From Octopus sinensis (taxonomy: Eukaryota), in contig NC_042999.1 of NCBI RefSeq assembly GCF_006345805.1, positions 109,988,001-110,052,000 of the forward strand: a stretch of 64,000 nucleotides of DNA, read 5' to 3'. The position numbers were made by a program, and so were the translations under genes. This document shows positions 26,031-38,330 of the stretch, piece after piece (positions within the stretch are counted from its first letter, which is position 1; each line of letters opens with the position of its first letter). The notes below the pieces were generated by a model. That model saw only the letters and a list, made by a program, of their open reading frames with translations. It was not told where the DNA came from and made no database searches.

Positions 26031-26610
26031 CTAGTAGCCGTAGAAAGAAGTGCTTCACGAACGGCGCCTACGCCCGTTGACCATCTAAGAATCTTTGCAG
26101 GTAGCGCAACGTCAACACGTGTCTGGGTATCAGCAGCTATGGCATGTCTAAGTTGCCATATAAAGGGTGCTGGCAGTATATGGACAATCTGACCAGCGGA
26201 AGGCATCTCTTTCATAAGAAATTAAATAATAAAAGCTCCAATCTGGCAAAGCAGTGGCCGAGATAAGGCACGACGGTCAGGCGGTAAACAATAACAAAAG
26301 TAATGTATGTATTTGTCACCCCTGTCCACTCTTTCAGGAACTGTTTCTCCTCGGCTCATTCCTGGGTAAGACCGGCCACCGTGTTCGTTATTTCATCCCA
26401 GTTCGTCTACCTGGGGACACCAAGCAGTGTAACATGCCCGTCGGTTCAACATTCCACAAAGCTGTTCGACCGCATGGTCTTTCTTCTCCCGTAACAGCTG
26501 TTTCCTTGAATGTAAATATCATTGGAAGCGAGAATCTCGTAAAACTCAATACGAAGTATGTTAGAGACTCCTGTAATGCTGAATGAAAAACACTTGCGGA
26601 TCCCTCGCTG
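26031..26610 (-). pseudogene. Tx1/L1-clade ORF2 internal fragment (post-RT region)
   Basis: Minus-strand translation with stops: TNWDEITNTVAGLTQE*AEEKQFLK...VIVYRLTVVPY...RLELLLFNFL*KRCLPLVRLSIYCQHPLYGNLDMP*L. This matches the L1/Tx1 pattern 'F.FLW....P.V....C..P...GGLG.P'. Confidence 0.8.
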
Positions 26611-26689
26611 AATGTCGGTTGTTCCTCAATGAAAAATAAATTTATAAAAGAAATGCTCGGACCCTGGGAAAAAATTCATCCATATCAGA

Positions 26690-27490
26690 GGTCCAAAGAG
26701 ATATTACCAAAAGAAATCAGAAATCTTGGGAACATTTCCTGCAATACATTCTTTTGGCTCGTAGCTTCCTATCTAAATGTACCATTGCAACATATGTTGA
26801 TGAAGCGCCTTCTGTTTCACGTTCAATTAACTCAGGTGTTCATCAGCTTTGCTTTATCCACCATTTACTTCCTTTCATACGTCAATGAGCTATTTGCTGT
26901 CACATCCAACAACGCCCACTCTTATGCACGTGACTCCTTAACTTCTCCCAACCATGAATCATTCACATGCAACCAAGATACCTCATACTAAACTTGCATT
27001 GAATCCATAAACAGAAGCCTTGAGAACATCCTTCAGTGGAGCTATGCCAACTCTACTTCTTTTAGCATCAAAAAACCCAAACACAACTCATAGCAAGAAA
27101 ACATCACCACATCCCAACTAAACATGAGCCAACTCACACAGATTCCAGATGCAGTCAGCGAGGATCTTTGTCGGCGAACGTACATCTTTAGCATAGATAG
27201 GTTTTCTCTTCAGAACCAGAAAATACTTCGGCCCCACAATTGCTCACACTCTACAAGATTCAAGTGAGACCCACGATGGTGTAACTGCATTCACATCTGG
27301 CACAATGCTTCTGCTCACACGGCTATCCTGGACGACCGTAACTAGAGAAGGACCACTCAACCAACTGATACCCAAACAATAACGAACACGTTCCAGTCTC
27401 TGATCTACAGGTGTGCTGTCTTGGAACTGGCTGGTCTTGTACCTCCATCCTCAGGCACCCCGAGCCACTCGTTTTCCACCTCACCACTCT
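26690..27490 (+). pseudogene. CR1/L2-group LINE reverse transcriptase fragment
   Basis: Frameshifted translation: INSGVHQ (GVPQG motif), YVNELFAVTSNNAHSYARD (YADD motif), SINRSLENILQW, and RKYF.PQLLTLYKIQVRPTM. Confidence 0.8.
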
Positions 27491-28434
27491 TGGTGAGTCA
27501 TCCCCCACCCCACTCGTTTCGAGGAATTTAACAGCAATCAGAAATTCCAAAGTAATACAGAAGAAAATGAATAATAAACCATACACGTTGTTTTATAACT
27601 TCGGTTTATTTGTATTTTTTCAAATAAAACGGAACTAATAGACCAACTGTTTTGTTTTTGTTTTTGTTTTTGAACGTGTCAAATCTCTTGATTTACATAC
27701 AGGTGTGCGTGTGTGTGATGTGTAGGCATGTATAGATCTTATAAATTTGTGTGTGGGCGCGTAGGTTTGCACACACCTGAAAAAGTGTAACATGCAACAC
27801 CAGGTGACTGAAACTTAGGATTTCGGGAATGTCTTACTCATCTTACATGTAAAACAGTGGACTATATTGTCGGTTGTGTTCTTCCTTCCATTTTTTATGA
27901 CAGCTGGAGTGGTTTGATGGAGATTTGGCAGCTATTTCTAGTATGTCGAGTAACAAAATAGAGGTTCCCTTGTTGACGGAAAAGAAACATTTTCTGAATG
28001 TGTTACAGTTGTCGCTTTGTCCTAAGTAAGCTCTGATCGGACAGACTTTACCAGTTAACCTTTTCGGTTACAGAGTATCTACAAGTATATTACCATATGC
28101 GTTCTTTTTAATAAGACCGGGTGTGATTTAAGAAAGATTTGGCTGCCATATCTAGCAGGTCGATCGATTAGAAAAAGGGCTTCTGGCTCGTTACGGTAGC
28201 AAATTTGCAGACACTCTTGAACAGCTGATTTTATTCGGAGTAGTCTTTGTCTACCTCCAGTCAGCGCCCCTTACTACCGCCAACACCACCACCACTATAC
28301 AGCTGTGGCTAGCCCGCTTCTGTTTTGAACGTATTTATTTCTGTAGCAGTTTACTCAAAATTTTTGATAACATTATCCGGAGTTTTTTTTTTTATTGTAA
28401 TAAACGTGATTTTCATTAATTTTAAATAAAGAGA

Positions 28435-28925
28435 AAGCAGCGAGCTGGCGGAACCGTTAAGTTCGCTGGACAAATCGCTTAGTGGCATTTCGTCCGTCTT
28501 TTTTATGTCCTGAGCTCAAATTCCGCCGAGGTTGACTTTGCTTTTCATCCTTTCGGGGTCGATGAAATAAGTACCGGTCAAGTATGGGGGGTGGGGGGTA
28601 ATCGACTTCCACTTTCCCCATGAAAAAAAAAAAATAATAATAATAAATAAATAAATGCCAGCCCTGTGCCAAAATTTGAAACTTAATTTTAAAATAAAGA
28701 TTATCGGATTCATTAATTTTGATTTCAAATTTTGGAACGTGAACAGAAATTTCGGGGGAGAGGGTATATCGATTACATCAACCCCAGTGTTCAATTGGTA
28801 CTTATTTGATCGACAGCGAAAGAATAAAAGGTAAAGTCGATCTCGGTGGAATCTGAACTCAGAACATAGAGATGAAATACTGCAAAGCATTTTGCTCGGC
28901 GTGCTCACGATTCTGCCAGCTCGTC
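28435..28925. mobile_element. Tail-to-tail pair of SINE type B copies
   Basis: Plus copy at about 28435-28680 and minus copy at about 28720-28925. Confidence 0.85.
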
Positions 28926-29129
28926 GGAACACTAATTTTGATAACAATAATTGTTTCAGGACATTATCTGTGATTATAATCAGATTTCCTCTGTTTAATA
29001 TGGACGCATAGAACAGACGGGTGAAATGTACAAACATGATTAAATATGTAGATTGCTGAATTATAAATTAATTACGAGACAATTGGATGCCTTTCTCATA
29101 AAACAAGTGCGTGTGCACGAGCGTGTTTG

Positions 29130-29164
<35 letters not shown>

Positions 29165-29607
29165 AGGAAAGCTTAAAAGAATTCAAAAATCAAAATAAGA
29201 GGGAGAAAGAACCACTGATAAAGAGATCCCAAAGGTTTGGCCTGCAGTATTAAATAAAAGAATATTTAGGAAGGCTATCATTATCGATCAGTTACATGAA
29301 AATCAAAACAAACAACTTCTAAAGTCAACTGGTCAGTTGCTGATACATTGCAGGAGGGAAAATAGTATTCTAATACGATAAACATGAAAGGGTTTCCTCT
29401 GTGAACTGCCTCGCGAGTTTTAATGAGTAATAATAGCATGTATTCGGGACAATTCTATTTATTTATTTATCTATTTTGTAAGAGATAACGAGAGGAAGAG
29501 AGGCAGTCAAATAAACAAGTATATTACTATTACATATTTTATCAACAACGTCAAGATGAAAGGCAAAGTCGACTCCAGCGTAATTTAACATCACTATGCT
29601 TCACCTT

Positions 29608-29902
29608 GCGGAGGCACATGGCCTACTGGTTGGAGCAGCGGACTCGCGATCTAGGGATCGCGGGTTCGAATCTCAGACCGGGCGATGTGTGTGTTTATGA
29701 GCGAAACACCTAAGTTCCATGCGGCTCCGGCAGAAGGCAATGGCGAACTTCAGCTGACTCTTTCTCCACAACTCTCTCTTACTCTTTCCCCCTGCATCTT
29801 GCAGCTCACCTGCGACGGACCGGCGTCCCGTTCAGGTGGGGAACCTATACGCCAAGGAAACCGGCCCTTATGAGCCGGGCATGGCTCGAGAAGGAACAAA
29901 CA
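29608..29902 (+). mobile_element. SINE type D (shared head, V-domain-like block) with 12-bp TSD
   Basis: Perfect TSD ATGCTTCACCTT at 29596-29607 and 29903-29914. B-box GGGTTCGAATC. 'ctgcgacggaccggcgtcccgttcagg' resembles the V-SINE domain. Confidence 0.85.
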
Positions 29903-29989
29903 ATGCTTCACCTTATTAACAAGAAGCTTATTGTTATTAACTTCATTGTTAATAAGGTGATGCATAGTGGTGTTAACAATAATAATACT

Positions 29990-30195
29990 TTCGATTAGAG
30001 GTACAAGACCAGAAATTTTTGCGCGAAGGAGGTTGTCGGTTATATCGACCCCAATGCTCAACAGGTACATTATTCCATCGCCCCCGAAAGGACAAGGGGA
30101 AAATACGACATCGGCGGTATTTGAACTCAGAACGTAAAGATGGACGATATGTCGCTAAGCATTTTCCCCGGCGTGCTAACGATTCTGCCAGCACG
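29990..30195 (-). mobile_element. SINE type B
   Basis: Aligns to the other type B copies. Confidence 0.8.
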
Positions 30196-30379
30196 CCGTT
30201 TCAAGCAACGATGTTCTATGATTTTGGTACATGCTTACAAATTTGAATGCAGAAGATGGGCATAAGCATAATTGGTTGAACTAGAGGGCTCTAAACTAAA
30301 TACTGTTAGACAATAGTTTCGACATTTGAACTGTTACCATTTCATTATATAAATACTACTGAATTGGATGAATGATTAG

Positions 30380-30600
30380 AGCGCCCTATTCTGTCTTGTC
30401 TACATAGCTTCTCACAAACCGACGAAGTTGATTGTGTGTGTAACGGTTAGGATAAAATTTTCTGGACGTTGTACAAGGTTTCCAGACTGAAAAATCTTCC
30501 GAAATAGGATGTTCAATTGATCCACCTTTCTTGGAAGGAATCTTCACCCACACTCTCTCCACAAAATCATTCATTTTATCCACCATTGACCCACTGTAGA
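30380..30600 (-). mobile_element. Possible RTE-type LINE 3' fragment
   Basis: Translation HPISEDFSVWKP...HNQL weakly resembles the RTE C-terminus. Confidence 0.35.
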
Positions 30601-30894
30601 ATGCAAGGGTTAATATATCATCGGCTGTGTAGCAATGGAGCCGATTCCTAATTTGTAGTTTAGATGTGAAAGGAATTATGAAATTGTGCCACTCTAATAA
30701 TTAAACCAGTTACAAATATCGTATTCCCGCATTCAACAAGTGCCAACTAAACAGACGGATCGATAAAAGTGTAGTAACACCAATGGCCACATCTTACTGG
30801 CTAAAACAAGTAAAAGATGAAAGATGAACGATAGAAGATATGTAGGGATAGACATTGATATATGAATCTCCTTCTCCTCTTATATATATATATT

Positions 30895-31290
30895 CTTTTA
30901 TTTCTTTTATTTGTTTCTGTCATTTGACTGCAGCCATGCTGGAGCACCGTCTTTAGTCGAGCAAATCGACCCTAGTTCTTATTCTTTGTAAGCCTAGTAC
31001 TTATTCAATCGGTCCCTTTTGCCAAACCGTTAAGTTATGGAGACGTAAACACACTAACATCGGTTGTCAAGCGATGTTGGGGGACAAACACAGACACACA
31101 AACACATACATACATACATACATATAAATCCGATGGGCTTCTTTCAGTTTCCGTCTACCAAATCCACTCACAAGGCTTTTAGTCGGCCCAAGGATATAGT
31201 AGAAGACACTTGCCCAAGATGCCATACTGTGGGACTGAACCAGGAATCATGTGATTTGTAAGCAAGCTACTTACCACACAGCCACTCCTG
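30895..31290 (-). mobile_element. SINE type A, full-length
   Basis: Aligns end to end with 10990-11402. Confidence 0.9.
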
Positions 31291-31390
31291 ATATATGTAT
31301 ATGTATGTATATATATATATGTGTACACACCACACACATTCACATATAAATCATGTGCATGCATATATATGCGTGTTTGAATATATATAT

Positions 31391-31510
31391 ATGTATATAT
31401 AAGTATATATATGTATATATAAGTATATATATGTATATATAAGTATATATATGTATATATAAGTATATATATGTATATATAAGTATATATATGTATATAT
31501 AAGTATATAC
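31391..31510. repeat. 20-bp minisatellite (AAGTATATATATGTATATAT)n
   Basis: Five exact units at 31401-31500 plus partial units. Confidence 0.95.
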
Positions 31511-32209
31511 ATAAATATTTGGCACGGCTTATACAACTGAATGTCCTTCCTTGTTGATGTAAAAAGAGGGCATCCTACCATGCCAAAGGACATCAGAGCG
31601 TACTACAGGCCTTTGGCTCTTTAGATTCTGTCAAACTGTCCAACCTATGCTAGCCAGAAAAACGGATGTATGATGATGATGATGATGAAGATGATATATT
31701 ATAGCATTTATCTGTTCATAAAATCAGCAAAAACATAAGTATTTGATTCAATGAGATAAATATCATTTAATGAATATTGGAGTTATACATAAACTATTTC
31801 AACTTTCATGCTTCAGTATTGCTGTAACTGGACATTTTTGAATACTGTACCATGCATGTTAAAAAGAAAAAAAACAATTCTATGGGAAGGGAGACAATTC
31901 CTGTCATGTAAGCTAGGTTAAGTAGTTTTGAAAAGTTAAATTGTTAAAACTGAGTGTTTAATGCATTTAAACTGGGTATTGTAATCTAAAAAGTTAAGCC
32001 AAGGAGGAGAAGGCTAAAACAATAAACTGTGTGTCTAATCCAATGAAAATGAGGATTTCCAGTTCGAAAACAGAAACTTGTCAACATGCATACATCTTGT
32101 AAAGATTTTGGATCTCAAGTTTAGCAAGTCAGTACAGTTCTTTGATCGAACAAGGATATGTGATTCTCAGATTGAAGAACTTCTAGATTTAAGATTGAAT
32201 TCTTTACAG

Positions 32210-32274
32210 ATTGTATGCAATTCGACAACTTTCTGTTAATGAATTGGAAGCCACTCCCTTCCTCAGACACACAG
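32210..32274 (+). CDS. Candidate exon LYAIRQLSVNELEATPFLRHT
   Basis: Acceptor 'gaattctttacag|' and strong donor 'CACAG|gtaatg'; 65 nt. A second frame is also open. Confidence 0.3.
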
Positions 32275-32876
32275 GTAATGCACTTTACACTTCCCCTATT
32301 CAATTACTCCCAATATGTATAATGTTTTGGATGTCAACACCTAGTTAAAACACATTAATCACAAAAAATTGACAATGTTTTTCTTTCAAAAAATTACAGG
32401 GACATAAGCTAGAATCCTTATGGAATAGCCACGTTATTTCAGGCTGAACAGTTGCTAGAATGTACACAGCACGATATACAAGCCCATCCAAGTACCTCAC
32501 TATCTGTGCATGAAATTTCAAGTAGCTCATGTATAACACCTGTATTCATTAAGTTACACACACACACATAGAAAATGTACAGACACAAGCACATACATTA
32601 ATATATAACATGCCTTCTCTTATACACGTAATATACATACACATACATTTGAGAGTGTGTGCATGTGTGTATTACATACAAGTTATAAGTGTAGAGGCAT
32701 GGATGTGTGGTTAAGAAGTTTACTTCCTGAACACTTGATTTTAGGTTCAATACTATAGTGTGACAATTTGGAATGAGATTCTTTTACTACAGGCCTGGGT
32801 ACAACAAGGCCTTGAGAGTGAATTTCTTAGACAGAAACTGAAAAGAAGCCCATGAGGTATGTATGACCATGTGAGC

Positions 32877-32908
<32 letters not shown>

Positions 32909-33316
32909 GCAAGTGTGATTATGTGAGTATGTCTGTGGGTGTATGACCTTGTCTAACATCACACGATAGTAGTAAACAAGCATCACCATCATATTAGTGA
33001 GGTGGATATAGGTGACAGGAGGGAGAAAATGCTATCTGAAAATCTACTTGCCAAATTCCGTCTGATCCATGCAATCATTGAAAAGTGTACATAAAAACGA
33101 TTATTATGATATATATTAATATATAAAAAGCACCATCCGTCCGTGGCCGTTTGCCAGCTCCGTCTGGCACCTGTGCGGGTGGCACGTAAAAAGCACCCAC
33201 TACACTCACAGATCAGACTGGGCCTGATGCAGCTTTCTGGCTTCACAGACCCCAGTTGAACCGTCCAACCCATGCTAGCATGGAAAGCGGACGCTTAATG
33301 ATGATGATGATGATGA

Positions 33317-33368
<52 letters not shown>

Positions 33369-33381
33369 TATATATACATAT

Positions 33382-33429
<48 letters not shown>

Positions 33430-33718
33430 GTAAATACATGTACATACAAGTGTGAGTATGTAAATGTTTGCATCTCTTTGTCTTGTCATCCTGTGATAGT
33501 TAAAAAACAAGCATTACTGACATAGAAGCATTATGATTCACTTCCAAAATTTGTCCAAAAAACATGCTTGGCCATGAGATATATGTCTGTCTGTCTGTCT
33601 TCTTCCCCTCCTCTCTCTCTCTCTCTCTCCCTCTCTCTATCTATCTATATATATATATATGCATTGACAGATAAATGAAAGGATACATACTAAGACAGAG
33701 AGAAAGAGAAGAGAGAGA

Positions 33719-33764
<46 letters not shown>

Positions 33765-34187
33765 AAGTGATATACCTATATCTAGACTGCATGACAATTG
33801 CAACAATATGCATCAAAACTTGCAACTGACTCATGTAAGCATAGAAAAGTGCATGTTAAAATGACGAAGATAACCATGAAACCAAAGATATATAAATATG
33901 TGCAAATACACACACACATACACACAAATGCATAGATACAACTATAAACCATATACATAAGTATACATGTATAAACACACACACACACACTTATATATAT
34001 ACATATATGTATATATACATTTCTATAACTATACACATGTATATATGTGAATATATCTATCTATCAATATATATATATATATATATATATATAAGTATGC
34101 ATAAATACATATATGCATATGCATATATAAAAACATATATATATATAAATACATGATTATATATAAAAGCATACACATATGTGTGTG

Positions 34188-34221
<34 letters not shown>

Positions 34222-35039
34222 ACATATATTAATTTATTATTCTTTTATTCCTTTACTGGTTTCAACCTGATGCTTGGGTTATGCTGGAGCACCACCTTTC
34301 AGTATTTTAGGGTCTCCTTTTGGTACTGTTTTTTATACTTAACTATACATATACATATATATAGACACACACATCATCATCATCATCATCATCATCATTT
34401 AACGTCCGCTTTCCATGCTAGCATGGGTTGGACGGTTCAACTGGGGTCTGGGGAGCCCGAAAGCTGCACCAGTCCAGTCAGATCTGGCAGTGTTTCTACA
34501 GCTGGATGCCCTTCCTAACGCCAACCACTCCGAGAGTGTAGTGGGTGATTTTATGTGCCACCGACACAGGTGCCAGACGAGGCTGACAAACGGCCACGCT
34601 CGGATACTGATATATACATATACACATATATTACATACACCAATATAAATATATTTATATAGATATATATAAAAAACCTGGTGCTATGTAGCTAAATGTT
34701 TCTTAAGTACTACGATTCTCATATACATATATGTATATATGTATGTATTACTCTTTACTCTTTTACTCTTTTACTTGTTTCAGTCATTTGACTGCAGTCA
34801 TGCTGGAGCACCGCCTTTAATCGAGCAACTCGACCCCGGGACTTATTCTTTGTAAGCCCAGTACTTATTCTATCGGTCTCTTTTGCCGAACCACTAAGTG
34901 ACGGGGACATAAACACACCAGCATCGGTTGTCAAGCAATGCTAGGGGGACAAACACAAACATACACGCACACACACATATACATATATATATATACATAT
35001 GTATGTATATATATACATGAGCATACATATAAACATATA

Positions 35040-35079
<40 letters not shown>

Positions 35080-35309
35080 CATACATATATATATTCTTTT
35101 ATATGTTTCAGCCGTCTGACTGCAACCATGCTGGAGCACTGCCTTAAAGGGTTCTAGTCAAAGAAATTGACCCCACGACTTATTTTTTCTATGGCTTATA
35201 CTTATTCTATCAGTCTCTTTTGTTGAATTGCTAAGTTATGGGGATATAAACACACCAACATCAATTGTCAAGTGATAGTGGAGGGACAAACAGTCTCAAA
35301 GATACACAT

Positions 35310-35344
<35 letters not shown>

Positions 35345-35362
35345 ATGAGCTTCCTTCAGTTT

Positions 35363-36000
35363 TTTATTTCTTTCTTGCCCACAAGGGGTTAAACATAGAG
35401 GGTACAAATAAGGGATCTTTTCGGTCTGAACGGCAGTTTTTTCTAGCGGTTTTGTATGAAATTGTCACCCATAATTATGACCCTAGCATCAATCTATTGC
35501 ATTTCAATCTGTTTTAGGGTTAGGGTTAGAGTTAGGGTTACTTAGTGTTAGGGGTGGGGCGAAGGGTATCTGTTTTTCTTCAGAAATGTAAATAAACCCA
35601 ATCTGTTTCTCAATAGACGTCAAGGATTGGTTGAAATTGCAGAAATTGAAGAAACAAAACAACAAATATCTTACAAACTATAGAATTTTCTCAATAAAGC
35701 CAAGAGGAAAAGATGTTTTATAAACACATTCTACCAGTATACGAAGTTTAAAAGTGTTTAGTCATGTGGAAATTATTTTAAAAAAACTGTTGGTCAAACC
35801 GGAAAGATCCCAAATAAGGACAGATAAAGGGATTAAGTCAATTACATTGACCCCAGTGCATAACTGGTACTTAATTTATTGCCCCCGAGGGGATGAAAGG
35901 CAAAGTCGACTTCAGCGGAATTTGAATTCAGAACGTAATGGCAGATGAAATGCTGCTAACCATTTCACCCGGCGTGCTAACATTTCTGCCAGCTCGCCGC
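35363..36000 (-). mobile_element. SINE type B with Tx1-like tail, inserted in SINE A
   Basis: TSD CTTC(C/A)TTCAGTTT at 35350-35362 and 36001-36013 (one mismatch). Tail on the minus strand reads 'tttgtaccctctatgtttaaccccttgtgggcaagaaagaaata'. Confidence 0.85.
35413..35810. mobile_element. MITE with 30-bp TIRs and an internal TTAGGG tract
   Basis: TIRs 35413-35442 and 35781-35810 match at 25/30 by hand count. Direct repeat CAAATAAG at 35405-35412 and 35811-35818. TTAGGG-like units at 35514-35537. Confidence 0.9.
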
Positions 36001-36477
36001 CTTCATTCAGTTTCTGTCTACCAAATTCACTCACAAGGCTTTGGTTGGCCCAAAGATATAGCAGAAAACACTTGCTCAAGGTGCCACATAGTGGGACTGA
36101 ACCTAGAATCATGTGGTCGTGAAGCAAGTTTCTTACCACACAGCCATGCCTGCACCTATATACACACACACATACACACACATGTGTATTTATTTATACT
36201 TGTAGAGTCACTTAGTTTTGCCCAACTTTGTTTAATTTTTTTCTGTTGAATTTAAATTTTACAATAACTTATAACAAGTGACTGTGTGGCACTTTTTGAT
36301 TATATTTGTGTTTCTGCATATTTTTATTATTGTAATACATTATTCCAAATGTCAGTTTTTGCCACTTTCTTTGGTGCCTGAATCTTTAGATGCTGTATTT
36401 ATTTATAATTCTAACTGTGTGCATTTAGAAAATATTATGATTATGTTTTACTTCCTGTGTTTCCTTGTTATTCTTAG

Positions 36478-36543
36478 GTGGTCTGCAACATATGAACCAG
36501 GATGAATTCAAACAGAGAAGAGCTTTATTCAGCAGGAGATCTG
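36478..36543 (+). CDS. Candidate exon GLQHMNQDEFKQRRALFSRRS
   Basis: Strong pyrimidine-rich acceptor 'ttttacttcctgtgtttccttgttattcttag|' but weak donor 'CTG|gtttac'. Confidence 0.2.
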
Positions 36544-36544
36544 G

Positions 36545-38330
36545 TTTACACAGCATTATACTTCTATAGATTGCTGCTCTAATGTAAAAGATGTCTGCTT
36601 GGCCCAACATATGATTATGGAACTTATATCTAACTATGAAAGAAACATTAACTTGTCAGTTCAACTCCAACGAACCCAAGTGTTCCTGAAACCTGTTGAT
36701 TTTCATAAAATAAGGCAGTTTTACTGGAAACTGGAAGCGCTTGTTCTGAAATCGTATATTTGATGGGATGAGAGGGTGGCAAGGAATGACAACACCAGTT
36801 AGTCATAATGGTGGTTTTGATCACATGGGAGATAAGAGTTCTGACAACAAGCCAAGTACAGTTGCAGAGTTTTCGCTGCGTCTAAATTTCGTAGTAACAT
36901 AATAGGTGTTCCTACTTTCGGTTGCAAATTTTGAGGAAGAAATCCAGTGGGTTGAAGAAACTCTGTTGCTTAGTTGTCAGCATAGTAATCTTCAACTACA
37001 GTATGAGTTGACTTGTAAGATCAAGATTGTTCTGGTACTTGTTAAATAATGGTAGCACTATTAGCTAACAATGTCACAGTATCGTATGCTTTGTATAATT
37101 CAACAAGAGGTTAGAAAAACTTTTAATAGCATTTCTTGAGATGTGATGATCCTTACAGAATTTTTTATTTTTTATATTTTGACATCTCCACACTCAACAT
37201 GAACTAATAGCTGAACATTCTTGCAGCAGAAGTAATACTTCTGCAAACTATGCATGATTCTGAGATGTCTCAATTGCAAATCTCATGATGGTATAAGATG
37301 AAATTTTATCTCTTGTCTTCAAATTTACTTTTCTTTAAGGCATACTCTCAAATCACTAGTAATCATCCTTTGGGATGACTAGCAGAGTTGCAGACTTAAC
37401 CTGAGAGTAACTTCATCTTTCATGTTAGAGTTACCTTTGAGCTCTTGCAAATTATGATAAGAATTCCAAATGCAAGTTTGTAAGACATTCCGCACTTACA
37501 CATTGTGCTTGATATAACCTCAGAATCTCAACCTGTCTAGATCCTTTACCAAAATGATGCACATGACTATAATAGTGTACAATACTATGGTAATAGCTTA
37601 AAAGCAATATGAACAGTCCTCCTAACTCTGAGAAAATCTGTATAAATTCCAGATGAGATCACTATACAATAGGTATCAGCTTCTCTGATTTAACTTTTGT
37701 CAAAATTAGTTTGATCAAAAGAGTTTTGTCTTTGCTGCCAGTAACACCAAGGAAAATTACTATCTTGAGTTAGGTGTCATCACTTGTTTGGCCATGTATA
37801 AGCATTGTTTCTTAACTGTAATGCAGAGCAATTCATTACAGTGGACATAATGTCCAATACATGAATGTCATAGCCGATTACCTGAAGCATCTTTCAGTTG
37901 AGAGTTACAGTTGCAGTTCATACTGGAAATGGCAGTCTATGCTGTTCAAGCACTTTATCAGGGATGGACTACTCAGAATTTTCAATGGGATTTAGTGCCA
38001 CATTGTACAAAGCAGATATAAACTCTAGACACAGGCTCTTGATACTTGTGCTTCGTACTTTATGGTTTCTATCAATGCTCTCTTAGTAACCATGCCAAAA
38101 TTGCTGACGATTAGATGGTGAACAAGTACAGAAAATGATAGTGAAGAGGGTTCTTATCTTGCCAGTAGAATAGAAGACTGAAGTTCTTCCAATGTACTGT
38201 TTCAACATGCAGTGTTTTCAAAAATTTCTGATAAACTGTGGTATGTTATGCATACATCAAGCAACACATTTAAGTTCTTGGAACTAGATTGGACAGTAAA
38301 TATTGCGTAGGTGTTGCTGGAGATTTAGGT
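36545..38330 (-). pseudogene. Helitron Rep/helicase (Pif1-family helicase) relic
   Basis: Colinear degenerate motifs on the minus strand: KIRTLFTIIFCTCSPSNRQQFW; FISALYNVAL; Walker-A region IFLGVTGSKDKTLLIKLIL; VISSGI...RTVHIAFKL; MSYKLAF...LQELKGNSNM; KVGTPIMLLRNLD; KLCN.T.LVV; FQFPVKL...MKIN; CFFHS...VG. Many stops and frameshifts. Confidence 0.9.

Larger units (their letters stand above)
35095..36155 (-). mobile_element. SINE type A host interrupted by a nested SINE B and a MITE
   Basis: Type A tail and body lie left of 35362, and the type A head resumes at 36001. Confidence 0.85.

Noticed and set aside
26800-26846. Minus-strand CTGATGA...GAAAC
   Set aside because: Lies inside a LINE RT coding fragment; stems II and III do not pair convincingly.
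29608-29680. tRNA genes at SINE heads
   Set aside because: A and B boxes are present, but I could not fold a complete cloverleaf with an acceptor stem, and each runs into a SINE body.
35514-35560. True telomere or chromosome-fusion scar
   Set aside because: Only about four imperfect TTAGGG units, internal to a TIR-bounded element.
32260-36495. HTGGLQ motif resembling D-cysteine desulfhydrase/ACC deaminase
   Set aside because: Created by a hypothetical splice junction; flanking residues do not match the family.
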